From assembly GCA_029863625.1 (NCBI GenBank), contig JAOTUY010000009.1, positions 1,523 through 65,522 on the forward strand: DNA of 64,000 nucleotides, written 5' to 3'. Shown in pieces: positions 50,009-61,827 of the stretch. Position 1 is the first letter of the stretch. Each line of letters begins with the position of its first letter. The notes beneath the pieces were generated by a model. It searched no databases. It was not told the origin of the DNA and saw only the letters and a list, made by a program, of their open reading frames with translations. This DNA comes from Acidimicrobiia bacterium (GTDB lineage: Bacteria > Actinomycetota > Acidimicrobiia > Spongiisociales > UBA4744). The position numbers and the translations under genes are program-made.

Positions 50009-53000
50009 TGCCACGCCGATCCGACCTCGCCACTGTCTTGCTGATCGGTTCCGGCCCGATCGTGATCGGCCAAGCCGCCGAGTTCGACTATTCAGGCACG
50101 CAGGCGGCCAAGGTTCTCCGGACGGAGGGCTTGCGAGTTGTGCTGGTGAACTCGAATCCCGCCACCATCATGACGGATCCGGAGTTTGCCGACGCAACCT
50201 ACATCGAGCCGGTCACGGCTCCAACCATCGAAGCCATCATTGCGGCCGAGCGGCCAGAAGCGCTTCTGCCTACCTTGGGCGGTCAGACCGCTCTCAATGT
50301 GACCACCGAACTCGCTCGCCGAGGCGTGCTCGAGAAGTACGACGTGGAATTGATCGGCGCCAGTCTCGAATCCATCGAAGCGGCAGAAGACCGTGGACGG
50401 TTCAAGACGTTGATGGAAGCAACGGGGCTGGCGGTACCCAAGGGGATCTATGCGCGTTCCTTCGACGAGGCAGTTGAGGCATCCAGACAGATCGGCTTTC
50501 CCGTCATGGTCCGGCCTTCCTACATACTGGGCGGTGGTGGTACCGGAATCGCCTACAACCAGGAACAGTTCGTTGTCAAAGCCCGGGAAGGGCTGATCGC
50601 CTCTCCCGCTGGTGAGATCCTGGTCGAAGAGTCCATTGAGGGATGGAAAGAGTACGAGCTCGAAGTGATGCGCGACCGGTCAGACAATGCCGTCATCGTT
50701 TGCTCCATAGAGAACCTCGATCCCATGGGGGTTCACACCGGCGATTCGATCACCGTGGCTCCCATCCAGACGCTCTCGGACCCGGAATACCAGGAGATGC
50801 GGGACGAGGCGATAGCCTGCCTCCGGGCGGTCGGCGTCGAAACGGGTGGCGCCAATGTCCAGTTTGCGGTCGATCCGTCAACGGGTCGCCGCCTCCTCAT
50901 CGAGATGAACCCCCGTGTGTCGCGCTCCTCGGCGCTGGCTTCCAAGGCAACCGGGTTCCCTATCGCCAAGATCGCCGCCCTTCTGGCGGTCGGCTACACG
51001 CTCGACGAGATAACCAACGATGTCACGGGCACGACCCCTGCTTCATTCGAGCCCGCTCTCGATTATGTCGTCGTCAAAGTGCCACGCTTTGATTTCGCCA
51101 AATTCCCGACCGCTCCTCCGACGTTGGGCACATCGATGCGAAGCGTCGGAGAGGTTATGGCGATCGGTCGCACATTTCCCGAAGCCCTGCAAAAGGGGCT
51201 TCGTTCTCTGGAAACGGGCCGGGCCGGCCTCAACGCAGACCCGCAAGAAGCGCCGCTTCTTTCCCTCGATCGCAAGACGCTTCTCGCCCGAAGTTGCGTA
51301 GCGAATCCCGAACGAATCTTTGCGATGGCCGAGCTGCTGCGGCGCGGCGAGGACCAGGAGAGTCTCGCCACGGCGACCAGGATCGATGGTTGGTTTGTCG
51401 ATCAACTGGCACAGATCGTTGAGATACGTTCGGAGCTCGAAGCGGCTCCGCCCTCCGCCGAGTCAATGCGGGTCGGAAAGCGGCACGGTTTCTCAGATGT
51501 TCAATTGGGCTACTTGTGGGGTCTGACCGAGGCAAGAGTCCGCCACTATCGACGGCGCTGGCACATCGACGTGACCTACAAAACGGTCGATACTTGCGCC
51601 GCGGAGTTTTCCGCCCGGACGCCCTATCTCTACAGCGCCTACGAGGACGAAGACGAGGTACCGGCTTCTCACAGACCGAGCGTGATGATCCTCGGTTCGG
51701 GCCCCAACCGCATCGGACAAGGCATCGAGTTCGACTACTGCTGCGTCCACGCTGCATACGCGCTCCGCGCCGCGGGCTACGAGACCATCATGGTGAACTG
51801 CAACCCGGAAACTGTCTCGACGGACTACGACACCTCAGACCGTCTGTACTTCGAACCCTTGACCGTAGAGGATGTCCTGGCCATAGCCGAAAGGGAGCAA
51901 CCCGAGGCTGTGATTGTGCAACTCGGAGGGCAGACACCGCTCAACCTGGCACGGGCGCTTGAAGAAGCGGGTGTGCCCATCGCCGGAACGTCGCCGGACT
52001 CGATCGATACAGCGGAGGATCGCGAACGCTTCAGCGAACTGTGCCGCCGTCTCGGGTTGCGCCAGCCTCCCCACGGGATTGCGACGAGCGAAGAAGAAGC
52101 GGAAAAGGTTCTTGCCGGCATCGGCTTGCCGGCGTTGGTCCGGCCGTCGTATGTGTTGGGCGGCAAGGCCATGCAGGTTGTCTACAGCGAGCAGGAACTG
52201 ACCGTGTACCTGCAAAGGACGTACGGCCCGGACGGCGTCATGGGTTGCGACCTCAGCGAAGCTCCATTACTGATTGACCGTTTTCTCGAATCGGCGACGG
52301 AAGTAGATGTTGATGCTGTGTACGACGGTCAGGAGCTCCTGATCGGCGGGATCATGGAGCACATTGAGGAGGCGGGTGTCCACTCCGGCGATTCGGCTTG
52401 CGTCGTGCCACCGCCCACCATCGCTTTCAGTGCTCAACAATCAATGCTGGCCGCCACCGAGAAGTTGGCGAGGGGGCTCGAGGTGCGAGGACTCATCAAT
52501 ATCCAGTTCGCGATCAAAGGAGAAGAGGTCCTGGTCCTCGAGGCAAACCCGAGAGCTTCCCGGACGGTTCCGTTCATCTCGAAAGCCGTCGGCGTTCCGC
52601 TCGCCAAAGTGGCCGCCCGGGTGATGATGGGGGCGAAGCTCGAAGACCTCCGCCGCGAGGGCGTCCTTGCCGTAGCGGAGGACAAGGGGATCGCCAGGGG
52701 GTTCGTGGCCGTGAAGGAGGCTGTGCTGCCCTGGGAACGATTCCCGGAGGAGGACACGGTGCTTGGGCCGGAAATGAAAGCAACCGGGGAGGTAATGGGG
52801 ATCGGACCGGATTTCGGAACCGCCTACGCCAAAGCCCTGCTGGGTGCCGGGCACAGGGTCCCGATGGGTGGCGTGGTGTTCTTCTCTCTGGCCGATCGTG
52901 ACAAACCGGTAGGTCTGGCCGCTGCGCAGGCGTTCTCCATGCTCGGATTCCGGCTGGCGGCCACGGCCGGCACGGCGAAGTATCTCGCCCACCACGGAGT

Positions 53001-53262
53001 AGTTTCCGATCTCGTGGTCAAGGTTGGGGAAGGACCAGACGACAGCGTCATCCGGATCGAATCAGGATTGATCGCGATGGTGGTCAATACGCCCCGGGGT
53101 CGCCGGGCTCGAAGCGACGGGAGTCTGATCAGGGCGGCCTCCCGGCGGCGCGGTATACCCTGCATTACAACGGTGCCGGGAGCGTTGGCGGTGGCCAGAA
53201 GCCTTCATGCAGACGACAGGGCTGTCAGCCGGGTCCGCAGCCTGCAAGAGTGGCACCGATGA
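50008..53262 (+). CDS. carB: Carbamoyl-phosphate synthase large subunit
   Basis: Two ATP-grasp halves ([24 protein letters not shown]... and [24 protein letters not shown]...) plus a C-terminal MGS-like domain; 1084 aa. The ATG overlaps the carA TGA. Confidence 0.95.
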   Translation: MPRRSDLATVLLIGSGPIVIGQAAEFDYSGTQAAKVLRTEGLRVVLVNSNPATIMTDPEFADATYIEPVTAPTIEAIIAAERPEALLPTLGGQTALNVTTELARRGVLEKYDVELIGASLESIEAAEDRGRFKTLMEATGLAVPKGIYARSFDEAVEASRQIGFPVMVRPSYILGGGGTGIAYNQEQFVVKAREGLIASPAGEILVEESIEGWKEYELEVMRDRSDNAVIVCSIENLDPMGVHTGDSITVAPIQTLSDPEYQEMRDEAIACLRAVGVETGGANVQFAVDPSTGRRLLIEMNPRVSRSSALASKATGFPIAKIAALLAVGYTLDEITNDVTGTTPASFEPALDYVVVKVPRFDFAKFPTAPPTLGTSMRSVGEVMAIGRTFPEALQKGLRSLETGRAGLNADPQEAPLLSLDRKTLLARSCVANPERIFAMAELLRRGEDQESLATATRIDGWFVDQLAQIVEIRSELEAAPPSAESMRVGKRHGFSDVQLGYLWGLTEARVRHYRRRWHIDVTYKTVDTCAAEFSARTPYLYSAYEDEDEVPASHRPSVMILGSGPNRIGQGIEFDYCCVHAAYALRAAGYETIMVNCNPETVSTDYDTSDRLYFEPLTVEDVLAIAEREQPEAVIVQLGGQTPLNLARALEEAGVPIAGTSPDSIDTAEDRERFSELCRRLGLRQPPHGIATSEEEAEKVLAGIGLPALVRPSYVLGGKAMQVVYSEQELTVYLQRTYGPDGVMGCDLSEAPLLIDRFLESATEVDVDAVYDGQELLIGGIMEHIEEAGVHSGDSACVVPPPTIAFSAQQSMLAATEKLARGLEVRGLINIQFAIKGEEVLVLEANPRASRTVPFISKAVGVPLAKVAARVMMGAKLEDLRREGVLAVAEDKGIARGFVAVKEAVLPWERFPEEDTVLGPEMKATGEVMGIGPDFGTAYAKALLGAGHRVPMGGVVFFSLADRDKPVGLAAAQAFSMLGFRLAATAGTAKYLAHHGVVSDLVVKVGEGPDDSVIRIESGLIAMVVNTPRGRRARSDGSLIRAASRRRGIPCITTVPGALAVARSLHADDRAVSRVRSLQEWHR

Positions 53263-54170
53263 CCGACCTATCCGTCGCGCTTGGTCCGGTTCTGATGCGG
53301 TCCCCTCTGGTTGCCGCATCCGGAACAGTCGGTTCAGTGGTGGATTTCGCCGGCGTTGGTGCTTTGGAAGCCTATGGAGCGGCGGTGGCCAAATCGGTGA
53401 GTGGAACCCCGTGGCCCGGTAATCCCGACCCCCGCCTGGCGAGTACCGGCGCGGGGATGCTCAATGCGATCGGCATTCAGAACCCGGGCGTGGCAACCTG
53501 GGTCGACGATGTCGGTTTGCTTCTCCCGGGTCTTTCAGTTCCGGTGTGGGGTTCTGTGGTGGGGAAAACGGTTGGAGAGTTCGTCGAAGTAGCCGGGAAA
53601 CTGGCGGCTACTGCGATCGAGGCAATCGAGATCAACCTGTCGTGCCCCAATCTGGCCGGGGAGGCAATCTGGGCCCTCGACGCCGAGGCAACCGGAGCTG
53701 TGGTGAGGGCGGTGCGGAGCGCGGTAGACAAGCCAATCGGAGCGAAGCTTTCTCCCAATGCTCAGGACATCGTCGCAATCGCCCGGGCCGCGCTGAAGGG
53801 AGGCGCCGACTGGCTGGTCCTCACCAACACCATTTCGGGAGCGGCTATCGATATCGAAACGAGACGACCGCTTCTCTCCAGGACTACGGGCGGGTATTCG
53901 GGTCCGCCCCTCAAGCCCATCGCTCTCCGATGCGTCATCGAGGTCCGGTCCGCCTTTCCCGAGGCTCAGATCGTCGGATGCGGGGGCGTGCGCAGCGGAT
54001 CCGACGTGGTTGAGTATCTCCTGGCCGGCGCCACGGCGGTGGCGATCGGCACCGCCCATTTCGAGCGTCCCCGTATTGGACGGACGATTATGCGCCAGGT
54101 GCGGGCATATTGCGAGCGGAACGGGGTGGACCGAGTCTCGGATCTGATTGGAGCCGTGCGGCCATGGTGA
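53250..54170 (+). CDS. pyrD: Dihydroorotate dehydrogenase (class 1-type catalytic subunit)
   Basis: TIM-barrel DHOD motifs: NLSCPN, GAKLSPN, TNT (LTNTISG) and CGGV. No adjacent pyrK was seen. Confidence 0.85.
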   Translation: MAPMTDLSVALGPVLMRSPLVAASGTVGSVVDFAGVGALEAYGAAVAKSVSGTPWPGNPDPRLASTGAGMLNAIGIQNPGVATWVDDVGLLLPGLSVPVWGSVVGKTVGEFVEVAGKLAATAIEAIEINLSCPNLAGEAIWALDAEATGAVVRAVRSAVDKPIGAKLSPNAQDIVAIARAALKGGADWLVLTNTISGAAIDIETRRPLLSRTTGGYSGPPLKPIALRCVIEVRSAFPEAQIVGCGGVRSGSDVVEYLLAGATAVAIGTAHFERPRIGRTIMRQVRAYCERNGVDRVSDLIGAVRPW

Positions 54171-54192
54171 ACGGCAGAAATGCGGAAAAGCG

Positions 54193-54912
54193 ATGACTCG
54201 CGTGGAAGACTCTGCCAATCCCATTCTGGTGGCCCTCGATGTGAGCACCGCTGAGGAGTCCGTTCGCCTGGCCAAGACCCTGATTCGGCATGTTGGAGGG
54301 TTCAAGGTTGGGCTCGAGTTGCTGATGGGCCCCGGTCCCGCCGTGGTCGCTTCCATGGCGAGCCTGGGCAAGCCGGTGCTCGCCGACGCCAAGTTGCACG
54401 ACATACCGACAACGGTCGGGCGGGCTGCCCGGCAATTGGGGCGACTGGGCGCACGTTGGGTGACCGTGCACGCAAGCGGTGGGAGCCGGATGCTGCGCGC
54501 CGCAGTTGACGGGCTGGAGGAGGGAGCCGGCGGGCGCCCGGCCGGCATCCTGGTCGTGACCGTGCTGACCAGCATGACCGCAGATGACCTGGCAGAAGCG
54601 GGCATATCCGGAACTCCGGGACGTCAGACGGCTCGGTTGTCGAAGTTGGCGGCCTCCGCCGGTTGTGAGGGAGTGGTGTGCTCACCGGAAGAATTAGGCG
54701 TAGTCGATCAGGTTGCACCCGATCTACTCAAGGTGACGCCGGGGATCAGGCTCACCGGCACCGCGACCCACGATCAACGCCGTACCGCGGATCCGGCCGA
54801 GGCGATGAGGCGCGGCGCGGACTATCTCGTCATCGGCCGGCCGATCGTGCGAGCTTCAGATCCTGTTGGGGCGGTTCGCGCAATCCTCAAACAGGCGGCC
54901 TCTGGGGCCTGA
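54193..54912 (+). CDS. pyrF: Orotidine 5'-phosphate decarboxylase
   Basis: ILVALDV (Asp), DAKLHDIPTT (the DxKxxDIP motif) and C-terminal ADYLVIGRPI. Confidence 0.85.
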   Translation: MTRVEDSANPILVALDVSTAEESVRLAKTLIRHVGGFKVGLELLMGPGPAVVASMASLGKPVLADAKLHDIPTTVGRAARQLGRLGARWVTVHASGGSRMLRAAVDGLEEGAGGRPAGILVVTVLTSMTADDLAEAGISGTPGRQTARLSKLAASAGCEGVVCSPEELGVVDQVAPDLLKVTPGIRLTGTATHDQRRTADPAEAMRRGADYLVIGRPIVRASDPVGAVRAILKQAASGA

Positions 54913-54960
54913 ACGGCTGTCGGGGTTGGTAGAGTGCGCTTGACCTGATACGGGAGAGTT

Positions 54961-55272
54961 ATGGCACCCCCAGAATTGTCACAAGAGCAACGCGCCGCAG
55001 CACTGGCCAAAGCGGCCGAGGCCAGAAAGGTGCGAGCCGAGATCAAGCACCTGATGAAGTCTGGTTCGATCACCTTTCCTGAACTGCTGGAGCGCGCGGA
55101 CGAAGATCCAATCGTGGCCGGGATGAAGGTGTACGCCGTTCTGTCCTCGTTGCCCGGAACCGGCAAAGTGAAAGCGAAGCGGCTGATGGAGGGCCATGGC
55201 ATCGCAGACAGCAGACGAATCCGAGGACTTGGGCAGCGTCAACGGACCACCCTTCTCGAAGAATTCTCCTGA
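54961..55272 (+). CDS. mihF: Integration host factor, actinobacterial type (mIHF)
   Basis: About 103 aa, MAPPELSQEQRAAALAKAAEARKVRAEIKHLMKSGSITF...GTGKVKAKRLME, closely resembling the mycobacterial/streptomycete mIHF family. It lies upstream of gmk as in those genomes. Confidence 0.85.
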   Translation: MAPPELSQEQRAAALAKAAEARKVRAEIKHLMKSGSITFPELLERADEDPIVAGMKVYAVLSSLPGTGKVKAKRLMEGHGIADSRRIRGLGQRQRTTLLEEFS

Positions 55273-55849
55273 TCGAGCCGCCCTGGGGCGGCTGATCGTT
55301 GTATCCGGTCCGTCCGGGGTAGGCAAGTCGACCGTCGTCGGTGCTCTGGCCGAGCGTCATCCCTTCTTCTTCTCGATCTCGGTAACGACCCGCATGGCTC
55401 GACCGGGAGAGACCGATGGTGTTGAGTACCACTTCGTCGAACTGGAAGAGTTCGTTCGCATGCGCGACGCCGGCATGCTCCTGGAATGGGCTGAATACAG
55501 TGGCAATCTCTACGGAACCCCGCGCGCTCCGGTTCTCGAACGGATCGCAGACGGCGATGATGTCCTGCTCGACATCGAAGTCCTGGGGGCAGTTCAGGTA
55601 AAAACGTCCTTCCCGGCGGCGCTTACCGTTTTCCTGGCACCACCGACTCCGGAGGAGCTGGAGCGGCGACTACGGAGCCGAGGTGACACTTCTCCTGCAG
55701 ACGTCGAACGCAGGCTCGAGATCGCCCGCTGGCAGCTGGAGGTAGCCGAGGAGCAGTTCGATCACCTCGTGGTCAACGACTCCGTTGAGGCTGCGGTGGA
55801 ACGTATCTTGCGTATACTGGGGCCCCCTTCAACGAAAGCAGACAGATGA
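55196..55849 (+). CDS. gmk: Guanylate kinase
   Basis: P-loop GPSGVGKST and TTR (SVTTRMARPGE). The first ATG at 55196 overlaps mihF by 77 nt; the true start may be the TTG at 55229 or later. Confidence 0.85.
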   Translation: MASQTADESEDLGSVNGPPFSKNSPDRAALGRLIVVSGPSGVGKSTVVGALAERHPFFFSISVTTRMARPGETDGVEYHFVELEEFVRMRDAGMLLEWAEYSGNLYGTPRAPVLERIADGDDVLLDIEVLGAVQVKTSFPAALTVFLAPPTPEELERRLRSRGDTSPADVERRLEIARWQLEVAEEQFDHLVVNDSVEAAVERILRILGPPSTKADR

Positions 55850-56076
55850 TTCACCCACCCATTGAGGACGTGCTGGAGGCGACCGGCGGCCGTTTTGACC
55901 TGGTGGTGGTTGCGGCGCGTCGAGCGCGCCAGATCAACGACTACTTCAACCAGCTGGGGGAAGGCATCGGCCACTACGTGCCGCCCCAGGTCCATTCCTT
56001 GAGTCACAAGCCGCTCACTATCGCCTTGGAGGAAATTGCTCAAGGCAAGGTGGCGGTCGAGCGCGTCGAAGAGTGA
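55846..56076 (+). CDS. rpoZ: DNA-directed RNA polymerase subunit omega
   Basis: 76 aa, IEDVLEATGGRFDLVVVAARRARQI (conserved RpoZ core). Confidence 0.9.
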   Translation: MIHPPIEDVLEATGGRFDLVVVAARRARQINDYFNQLGEGIGHYVPPQVHSLSHKPLTIALEEIAQGKVAVERVEE

Positions 56077-56080
56077 GCGG

Positions 56081-57274
56081 GTGCTCAACGGGCGCCGCAT
56101 ACTGGTAGGAGTGTCGGGAGGCGTCGCAGCCTATAAGACGGCGTACCTCGTTCGACGACTCGTCGAGCAAGGCGCCGACGTCCGCGTGATGATGACCAGA
56201 TCCGCGCAGTATTTTGTCGGTGCCCAGAGCTTCGCGGCGATTTCCGGGCATCAGGTAGCAACGGAACTCTTCGGAGCGGCTGGCGTGAGTCCCCACACTG
56301 AGTTGGCCCGGTGGGCCGAAGCGGTCGTCATCGCCCCGGCCACCGCCAACACGCTTGCCAGGGCAACGCACGGCATGTCCGATGAATTGGTATCGGCCAC
56401 GCTACTTGCGACCACTGTTCCGGTCGTATTCGCTCCGGCGATGCATACCGAAATGTGGGACAACCCGGCCACCCAGCGCAATGTTGCTGTACTGGAGAGG
56501 GACGGTCACACCATCGTCGGACCGGTGAGTGGTGCGCTGGCCGGGGGTGACATCGGACCGGGCCGGATGGCCGAACCCGAGGAGATCCTGCAGACGCTCG
56601 AGCGCCTTCTGGCCGGGCGGCTCCGCGGCGTCCGCATGCTGGTGACGGCCGGAGGAACTCGGGAACCAATCGATCCGGTGCGGTTCATCGGCAATCGGTC
56701 CTCAGGCAAGATGGGTTATGCAATCGCCACCGAAGCGGCCGCTTCCGGAGCCACGGTAACCCTGGTGTCGAGCGCCAGACTTCCCGCCCCATCCGGTGTC
56801 ACGCTTATCGAGGTCGAGACTGCTGAGGAGATGGCCGCTTCCGTCGCGGAGCTTGCGGCCGCGGTCGATGTGGCTGTGATGGCGGCGGCGGTGGCCGACT
56901 TTCGCCCGGTTGCTGTGACCGCAACCAAACTGCGCCGCACGGACGGAATCCCGGAGATCCGGCTCGAGCCGACCCCCGACATCTTGGCCGGTCTGGCCGC
57001 GCTGGAACCCCGTCCCTATCTGGTCGGGTTTGCGGCCGAGACCGGGTCCATCGACAAGGCCATCGAGAAGGCCATTTCCAAGGGCGCGGATGTCACGGTC
57101 GCCAACGATGTAGCTGCGGAAGGATCGGAGTTCGGATCCGATACAGATCAGGTTGCGCTGATCGATAGTCAAGGAAAGGTCGACCGGTGGCCGCTGCTCA
57201 CCAAGCGCGAAGTGGCCCGACGTCTTTGTGATCACCTGGCCGAGCAGCTCAGACAACCTGCCACCAAGGGTTGA
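56081..57274 (+). CDS. coaBC: Bifunctional phosphopantothenoylcysteine decarboxylase / phosphopantothenate--cysteine ligase
   Basis: Flavoprotein N-domain (ILVGVSGGVAAYKT; PAMHTEMW) and the CoaB domain (GNRSSGKMG). GTG start 5 nt after the rpoZ stop. Confidence 0.9.
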   Translation: MLNGRRILVGVSGGVAAYKTAYLVRRLVEQGADVRVMMTRSAQYFVGAQSFAAISGHQVATELFGAAGVSPHTELARWAEAVVIAPATANTLARATHGMSDELVSATLLATTVPVVFAPAMHTEMWDNPATQRNVAVLERDGHTIVGPVSGALAGGDIGPGRMAEPEEILQTLERLLAGRLRGVRMLVTAGGTREPIDPVRFIGNRSSGKMGYAIATEAAASGATVTLVSSARLPAPSGVTLIEVETAEEMAASVAELAAAVDVAVMAAAVADFRPVAVTATKLRRTDGIPEIRLEPTPDILAGLAALEPRPYLVGFAAETGSIDKAIEKAISKGADVTVANDVAAEGSEFGSDTDQVALIDSQGKVDRWPLLTKREVARRLCDHLAEQLRQPATKG

Positions 57275-57295
57275 GTCCCCCGTATACTCGCTCGC

Positions 57296-58471
57296 ATGCG
57301 CAGTTGGTATTTCACGTCAGAATCAGTAACCGAAGGGCACCCGGACAAACTCGCCGATCGCATCTCGGATAGCGTCCTCGATGCGGTTCTGACGCAAGAC
57401 CCGCACGGTCGGGTCGCATGTGAGGTGCTGGTCACCAACGACATCGTTATCGTCGCCGGGGAAATCACCACTACCGCCACGGTCGACATCGAGGCGGCGG
57501 TTCGCCAAGCCATTCGAGACGTCGGCTACAACGACCCGAACGAGCTATTCGCCGCCGATACGTGTTCGGTGGATGTAATCGTGAAGCGGCAAAGCCCGGA
57601 TATCGCCGGAGGTGTGTTCGAATCCCTCGAAACGCGCAACGGTTCGACCGATCCGCTCGACGGTCTTGGGGCGGGCGATCAGGGGATCATGTTCGGGTAC
57701 GCCGTCGACGAAACGACCGAACGGATGCCTTTGTCGATACAGCTCGCGCATCGTCTGGCCGAACGGCTCGCCGTGGTGCGTAAGGATGGCACACTCGGCT
57801 ACCTCGGTCCAGATGGCAAGACGCAAGTCACCGTGGAGTATGACGGAAGCAAGCCGGTTGGGATTCATCGGGTGCTCATCTCTACTCAGCACAGCGAGGG
57901 CATCGATCGGAGCACGCTGGACGGCGACCTTCGCAAGCATGTTCTCGAAGCCGTTCTGCCGGAACCCAGCGGCGACTTCGAGTTCATCGTCAACCCGTCG
58001 GGGCGATTTGTGGTCGGCGGTCCGGTCGGCGATACCGGACTAACCGGACGCAAAGTGATCGTCGATACCTACGGCGGCGCGGCGAGGCACGGAGGCGGGT
58101 GCTTCTCCGGCAAAGACCCAACCAAGGTCGATCGATCGGCTGCGTACGCGGCCCGTCATGCTGCGCGCAATGTTGTCGCGGCAGGACTGGCCGCCCGTTG
58201 CGAACTGCAGCTCTCCTACGCGATAGGGCAGGCAGAACCGTTCTCGATCTATCTGGAGACCTTCGGAACCGAAACCGTGCCGGTAGTCCGCCTGGAGAAG
58301 CTGATCGCCGACCATTTCGACTTTCGTCCGCTGGCGATCATCAACCGCTACGGACTACAGCGACCGATCTACCAGGAAACCTCTGCCTACGGCCACTTCG
58401 GGCGTCCTCAATTCTCCTGGGAGGCAGAGGACGTCGCGGTGACGCTCGCCGCCGCCGCGGCGAGCCTCTGA
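57296..58471 (+). CDS. metK: S-adenosylmethionine synthase
   Basis: [19 protein letters not shown], the GGGAFSGKD-like GGGCFSGKD, and DRSAAYAAR. Confidence 0.95.
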   Translation: MRSWYFTSESVTEGHPDKLADRISDSVLDAVLTQDPHGRVACEVLVTNDIVIVAGEITTTATVDIEAAVRQAIRDVGYNDPNELFAADTCSVDVIVKRQSPDIAGGVFESLETRNGSTDPLDGLGAGDQGIMFGYAVDETTERMPLSIQLAHRLAERLAVVRKDGTLGYLGPDGKTQVTVEYDGSKPVGIHRVLISTQHSEGIDRSTLDGDLRKHVLEAVLPEPSGDFEFIVNPSGRFVVGGPVGDTGLTGRKVIVDTYGGAARHGGGCFSGKDPTKVDRSAAYAARHAARNVVAAGLAARCELQLSYAIGQAEPFSIYLETFGTETVPVVRLEKLIADHFDFRPLAIINRYGLQRPIYQETSAYGHFGRPQFSWEAEDVAVTLAAAAASL

Positions 58472-60258
58472 GCCTCCCGCTCGTTGCCAGGGTCGTTCCC
58501 GATGTCCCCACTTTCGCGGTCGATGATGGGTTCGCTTATGCCGTTGGAGAAGGCCAGAACGTTTCCGTCGGATCGATCGTGCGGGTACCCCTCGGCGGTC
58601 GGAAAGTCCGCGGGTATGTCACCGACGTCCGCTCAGGATCACATGCGGGCCTAAAAGAGTTGCGCGGCATATCGGGAGAAGTCCCGGTTTTCGACGAACA
58701 CTTGTTGGAGACATTGCGATGGGCAGCTCACCACTACATCTCGCCGATGGCAGGCATCTTCGCCAAATCAACTCCGCCCAACCTACCGAGACTCGGCACA
58801 GCGCCGTTCTGGCCGGAGGTCCCCCGGGTTGGCTCCGGCCCACTCACCCCCCTGGCCTCTGCGGCAGCCGGGGGTAGGAGAAACCCGGCTGCCTACTTCC
58901 TCGTCTCAACTGATTGGAGTCGCCATGTGGAAAGTGTCGTTGGCCCTGTAGCCGGTGCGGACCGATCATCGGTCGTGGTTGCCGCGACGGCGTTCGAAGC
59001 CGGGAAGCTTGCTGCGGACCTTTCTGCCACGTTCGGGCCGAGGGTCGTGCTCGCAACACCCGACCTCTCCGATCGACAACTCACTTCCGCGTGGCAGGTA
59101 GCGGCGACCGTGCCCGGTTCGATTCTGGTCGGTACGCACCGCATCGTATTCTGGCCGGTCGCCCGGTTAGGTCTAGGCGTGATCATCCAAGAGGGTCGCC
59201 GGGGGATGAAGGATCGACAGACGCCGACTATCCACGCTCGCGAGATTCTCAGAACGCGAGCCCGAATCGAGCGGTTCGGGCTTCTGTACATGGGTCGAGT
59301 TCCGACCACGGAGGTGCTTGGAGCCGGAACCGAGATCATCCGAGCTCCCGGCCGGAACCGGATATGGCCATTGGTGGAAGTTGTCGATCGTGGCGAGGAC
59401 CCGCCCGGCAGCGGAATTCTGACGGATCGGGTCCGGTCGGCGCTTCGCAACGCGATTGCTCGGAATGAACGGGTCTTCCTGTTCACCCATCGTCACGGGT
59501 ACGCGCCTGCCTCGCGGTGCGTGAGCTGTCGTACCCTGAGGAGGTGCGCAGAGTGCGGTTCCCGGCCCGATCCGGGCACCACCTGTGCTCGTTGCGGTGC
59601 GGCACTGGGACCTTGCTTCGCCTGCGGAGCAGCTCGCTTCGAGCCACTCGGGGCCGGCTCGGGTCGCATCGTAGAAGTTGTGCGCCGGATGCTTGGACCT
59701 GATTCTGTTGGGAACATCGACGAACACCGCCCCATTGTGGTCGGGACCGAACGAGATCTGGTCCGGGCCGGGACCGTGGAGCTGGCAGTGGCCGTCGACG
59801 CTGATGGATTGATTCTCGGCACCAACTACCGGTCCGCGGAAGAAGCGTTGCGGGTCCTGACTCGACTGGCCGGCATCGTGCCGTTTGGGCGGGGCAAGCG
59901 GCTCATGGTGCAAACCTCGCAACCGAATCATCCCGTCATTTCTGCTTTGCGAAGAGGCGACCCGATCGAGTTTCTCGAGGCCGAGCTGATCAAACGAGAA
60001 GAGCTGGGGTTCCCACCTGTCGGCGAGCTCATCGTTCTCGAGGTTCGCGACGGAGGCCTCGAGGACGATGTCCTGATCAAGGAGGCGGTTGGGGGAGACG
60101 CCACCGTGTACGGACCGGCCCCCGCCCCGCGCGGTTCGCGGTGGTTGATCCAGGGAGACCGCCTATCGGCCGTGCGGACCAGGCTGCGACCAGCCGTGCA
60201 GCGTCTTCGCGACGGAGGCGCGGCCGTCAGGGTCGATGCGGACCCTCTCGATCTCTGA
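58468..60258 (+). CDS. priA: Primosomal protein N' (PriA) orthologue with degenerate Walker A / DExH motifs; start codon uncertain
   Basis: N-terminal 3'-DNA-binding/WH region ([18 protein letters not shown]...[14 protein letters not shown]). The helicase core aligns with PriA ([11 protein letters not shown]..., [19 protein letters not shown]), but Walker A reads STDWSRH and DEEHD reads QEGRR. The Cys-rich zinc-binding insertion CxxC...CxxC...CxxC...CxxC is retained. The reading frame is open from the metK stop with no canonical start until an internal GTG. Confidence 0.75.
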   Translation: MSLPLVARVVPDVPTFAVDDGFAYAVGEGQNVSVGSIVRVPLGGRKVRGYVTDVRSGSHAGLKELRGISGEVPVFDEHLLETLRWAAHHYISPMAGIFAKSTPPNLPRLGTAPFWPEVPRVGSGPLTPLASAAAGGRRNPAAYFLVSTDWSRHVESVVGPVAGADRSSVVVAATAFEAGKLAADLSATFGPRVVLATPDLSDRQLTSAWQVAATVPGSILVGTHRIVFWPVARLGLGVIIQEGRRGMKDRQTPTIHAREILRTRARIERFGLLYMGRVPTTEVLGAGTEIIRAPGRNRIWPLVEVVDRGEDPPGSGILTDRVRSALRNAIARNERVFLFTHRHGYAPASRCVSCRTLRRCAECGSRPDPGTTCARCGAALGPCFACGAARFEPLGAGSGRIVEVVRRMLGPDSVGNIDEHRPIVVGTERDLVRAGTVELAVAVDADGLILGTNYRSAEEALRVLTRLAGIVPFGRGKRLMVQTSQPNHPVISALRRGDPIEFLEAELIKREELGFPPVGELIVLEVRDGGLEDDVLIKEAVGGDATVYGPAPAPRGSRWLIQGDRLSAVRTRLRPAVQRLRDGGAAVRVDADPLDL

Positions 60259-60415
60259 GGGCATCTGACCAGCTTCGAGTACCGGCACCGGAAGAGACCG
60301 CCGATCAGTAGTTGTCACGCATCTCGACGGTCAGGCAACCGCGCTCGCCGATTTCCGGGATCATCGAACGGGGTCCTGGAGAGAGAGCACTAGGCTGCCT
60401 CATCCGGAGGTAGTT

Positions 60416-60919
60416 GTGGCCATATTTCCAATTCGGACTTTCGGGGATCCCGTGCTCCGGGGCCGGGCCGATCCCATCCTCGAAATCGACGAAAGCGTTC
60501 ATCGTCTAGTGGCCGATATGCTCGAGACTATGTACCACGCTCCCGGGGTCGGTCTGGCAGCTCCGCAGATCGGCGTTTCGCGTCGGGTTGTTGTGTTTGA
60601 TGCCGGTGAGGGACCTTGTGTGCTGATCAATCCCGAGCTCATCGAGAGCAGCGGCGAGTGGACGTTTGACGAAGGTTGTCTTTCGGTTCCGGGTCATTTC
60701 TGGCCGATCACACGACCGGGTTTCGCGCGGGTGCGCGGACTGGACCTTGCAGGCCAGGATATCGAGTACGCCGGCGATGAGCTGTTGGCACGCATATTGC
60801 AGCATGAGGTTGACCACCTCGAGGGCCAGCTCCTGATCGAACGGTTGGAGAGCAAGCTTCGCAAGCAGGCGCTTCGCGACCTGCGTGAAGAAGCGTTGGG
60901 GTTCGGAACGAGCGAGTGA
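60416..60919 (+). CDS. def: Peptide deformylase
   Basis: GVGLAAPQIG, EGCLSVPG and HEVDHLEG metal-binding motifs. Confidence 0.9.
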   Translation: MAIFPIRTFGDPVLRGRADPILEIDESVHRLVADMLETMYHAPGVGLAAPQIGVSRRVVVFDAGEGPCVLINPELIESSGEWTFDEGCLSVPGHFWPITRPGFARVRGLDLAGQDIEYAGDELLARILQHEVDHLEGQLLIERLESKLRKQALRDLREEALGFGTSE

Positions 60920-61827
60920 TCTCCACCGTCTTTCTCGGCACTCCGGCGGCCAGCCTTCCCTGTCTCCGGGTGACGTCCTCATCGACGGATCTCCATCTGG
61001 TCATCACGCGGCCCGACAAGCCGCGCGGCCGCTCGGGACGGGCTCGCTCGTCGCCCGTCAAGGAGGCTGCTACCCGGATGGGGCTCCCGGTTGCGCAACC
61101 GTCCAGCCGCAAGGAACTCGAGGAGATTCTGTTCGAAGTCGCCCCCATCGACGTGGGGGTAGTTGTTGCGTTTGGCATGATCCTGCCTCCGGCGGTGCTC
61201 AACATCCCGAGTCGAGGGTTTGTCAATATCCACTTCTCTCTTCTGCCCCGCTGGCGGGGTGCAACACCGGTCGAGCAGGCAATTCTGAGCGGTGACGAAG
61301 AGACCGGCGTGACACTGATGGTGATGGACGAAAGCTTGGATACAGGACCGATTGTTGCCACGGCAACCACCTCAATCGAACCGACCGAGACGGCCGGTGA
61401 ACTGACCGGCCGGTTGGCTGATCTCGGCGCCGGCCTTCTTTCCGAGCACTTGACGGACTACGCGGAGGGTCGAATGGCTCCGGTTTTTCAGCGAACCGCC
61501 GGGGCAAGCTACGCCAACCGAATCACAACCGACCAGGCAAACGTGAGTGCGAGGTGGCCGTCTGACAAGTTCCTCAGGGCAGTCCGAGCGTACTCTCCCC
61601 GACCGGGAGCCAGATTTGAGGACGGTGCGCTGAAGGTATGGGCGGCTGCCCCAACCGATCTCCCTCCCATTGAGGCTGGTCAACTCGTTTTCGATGGCCG
61701 CCGGCTCTATCTGGGGACTGCGGACCGGCCCGTTGAACTCATCGAAGTGCAAGTTGCGGGCGGAAAACGCATGAGCGGAGCGGCCTGGGCGCGAGGGCGG
61801 CAGGAAGATCTCGGGCGGCTGCCTTGA
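60916..61827 (+). CDS. fmt: Methionyl-tRNA formyltransferase
   Basis: VVAFGMILP, the SLLPRWRGATPV-like HFSLLPRWRGATPVEQAIL (the SLLP motif) and a C-terminal tRNA-binding domain. Confidence 0.9.
   Translation: MISTVFLGTPAASLPCLRVTSSSTDLHLVITRPDKPRGRSGRARSSPVKEAATRMGLPVAQPSSRKELEEILFEVAPIDVGVVVAFGMILPPAVLNIPSRGFVNIHFSLLPRWRGATPVEQAILSGDEETGVTLMVMDESLDTGPIVATATTSIEPTETAGELTGRLADLGAGLLSEHLTDYAEGRMAPVFQRTAGASYANRITTDQANVSARWPSDKFLRAVRAYSPRPGARFEDGALKVWAAAPTDLPPIEAGQLVFDGRRLYLGTADRPVELIEVQVAGGKRMSGAAWARGRQEDLGRLP

Noticed and set aside
60305-60502. Minus-strand 65-aa ORF in and around the priA-def spacer (ends ...PEIGERGCLTVEMRDNY)
   Set aside because: No RBS, no recognisable family, and it overlaps the def start. 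It is most likely a spurious ORF. The 157-nt spacer more probably holds the def-fmt promoter.
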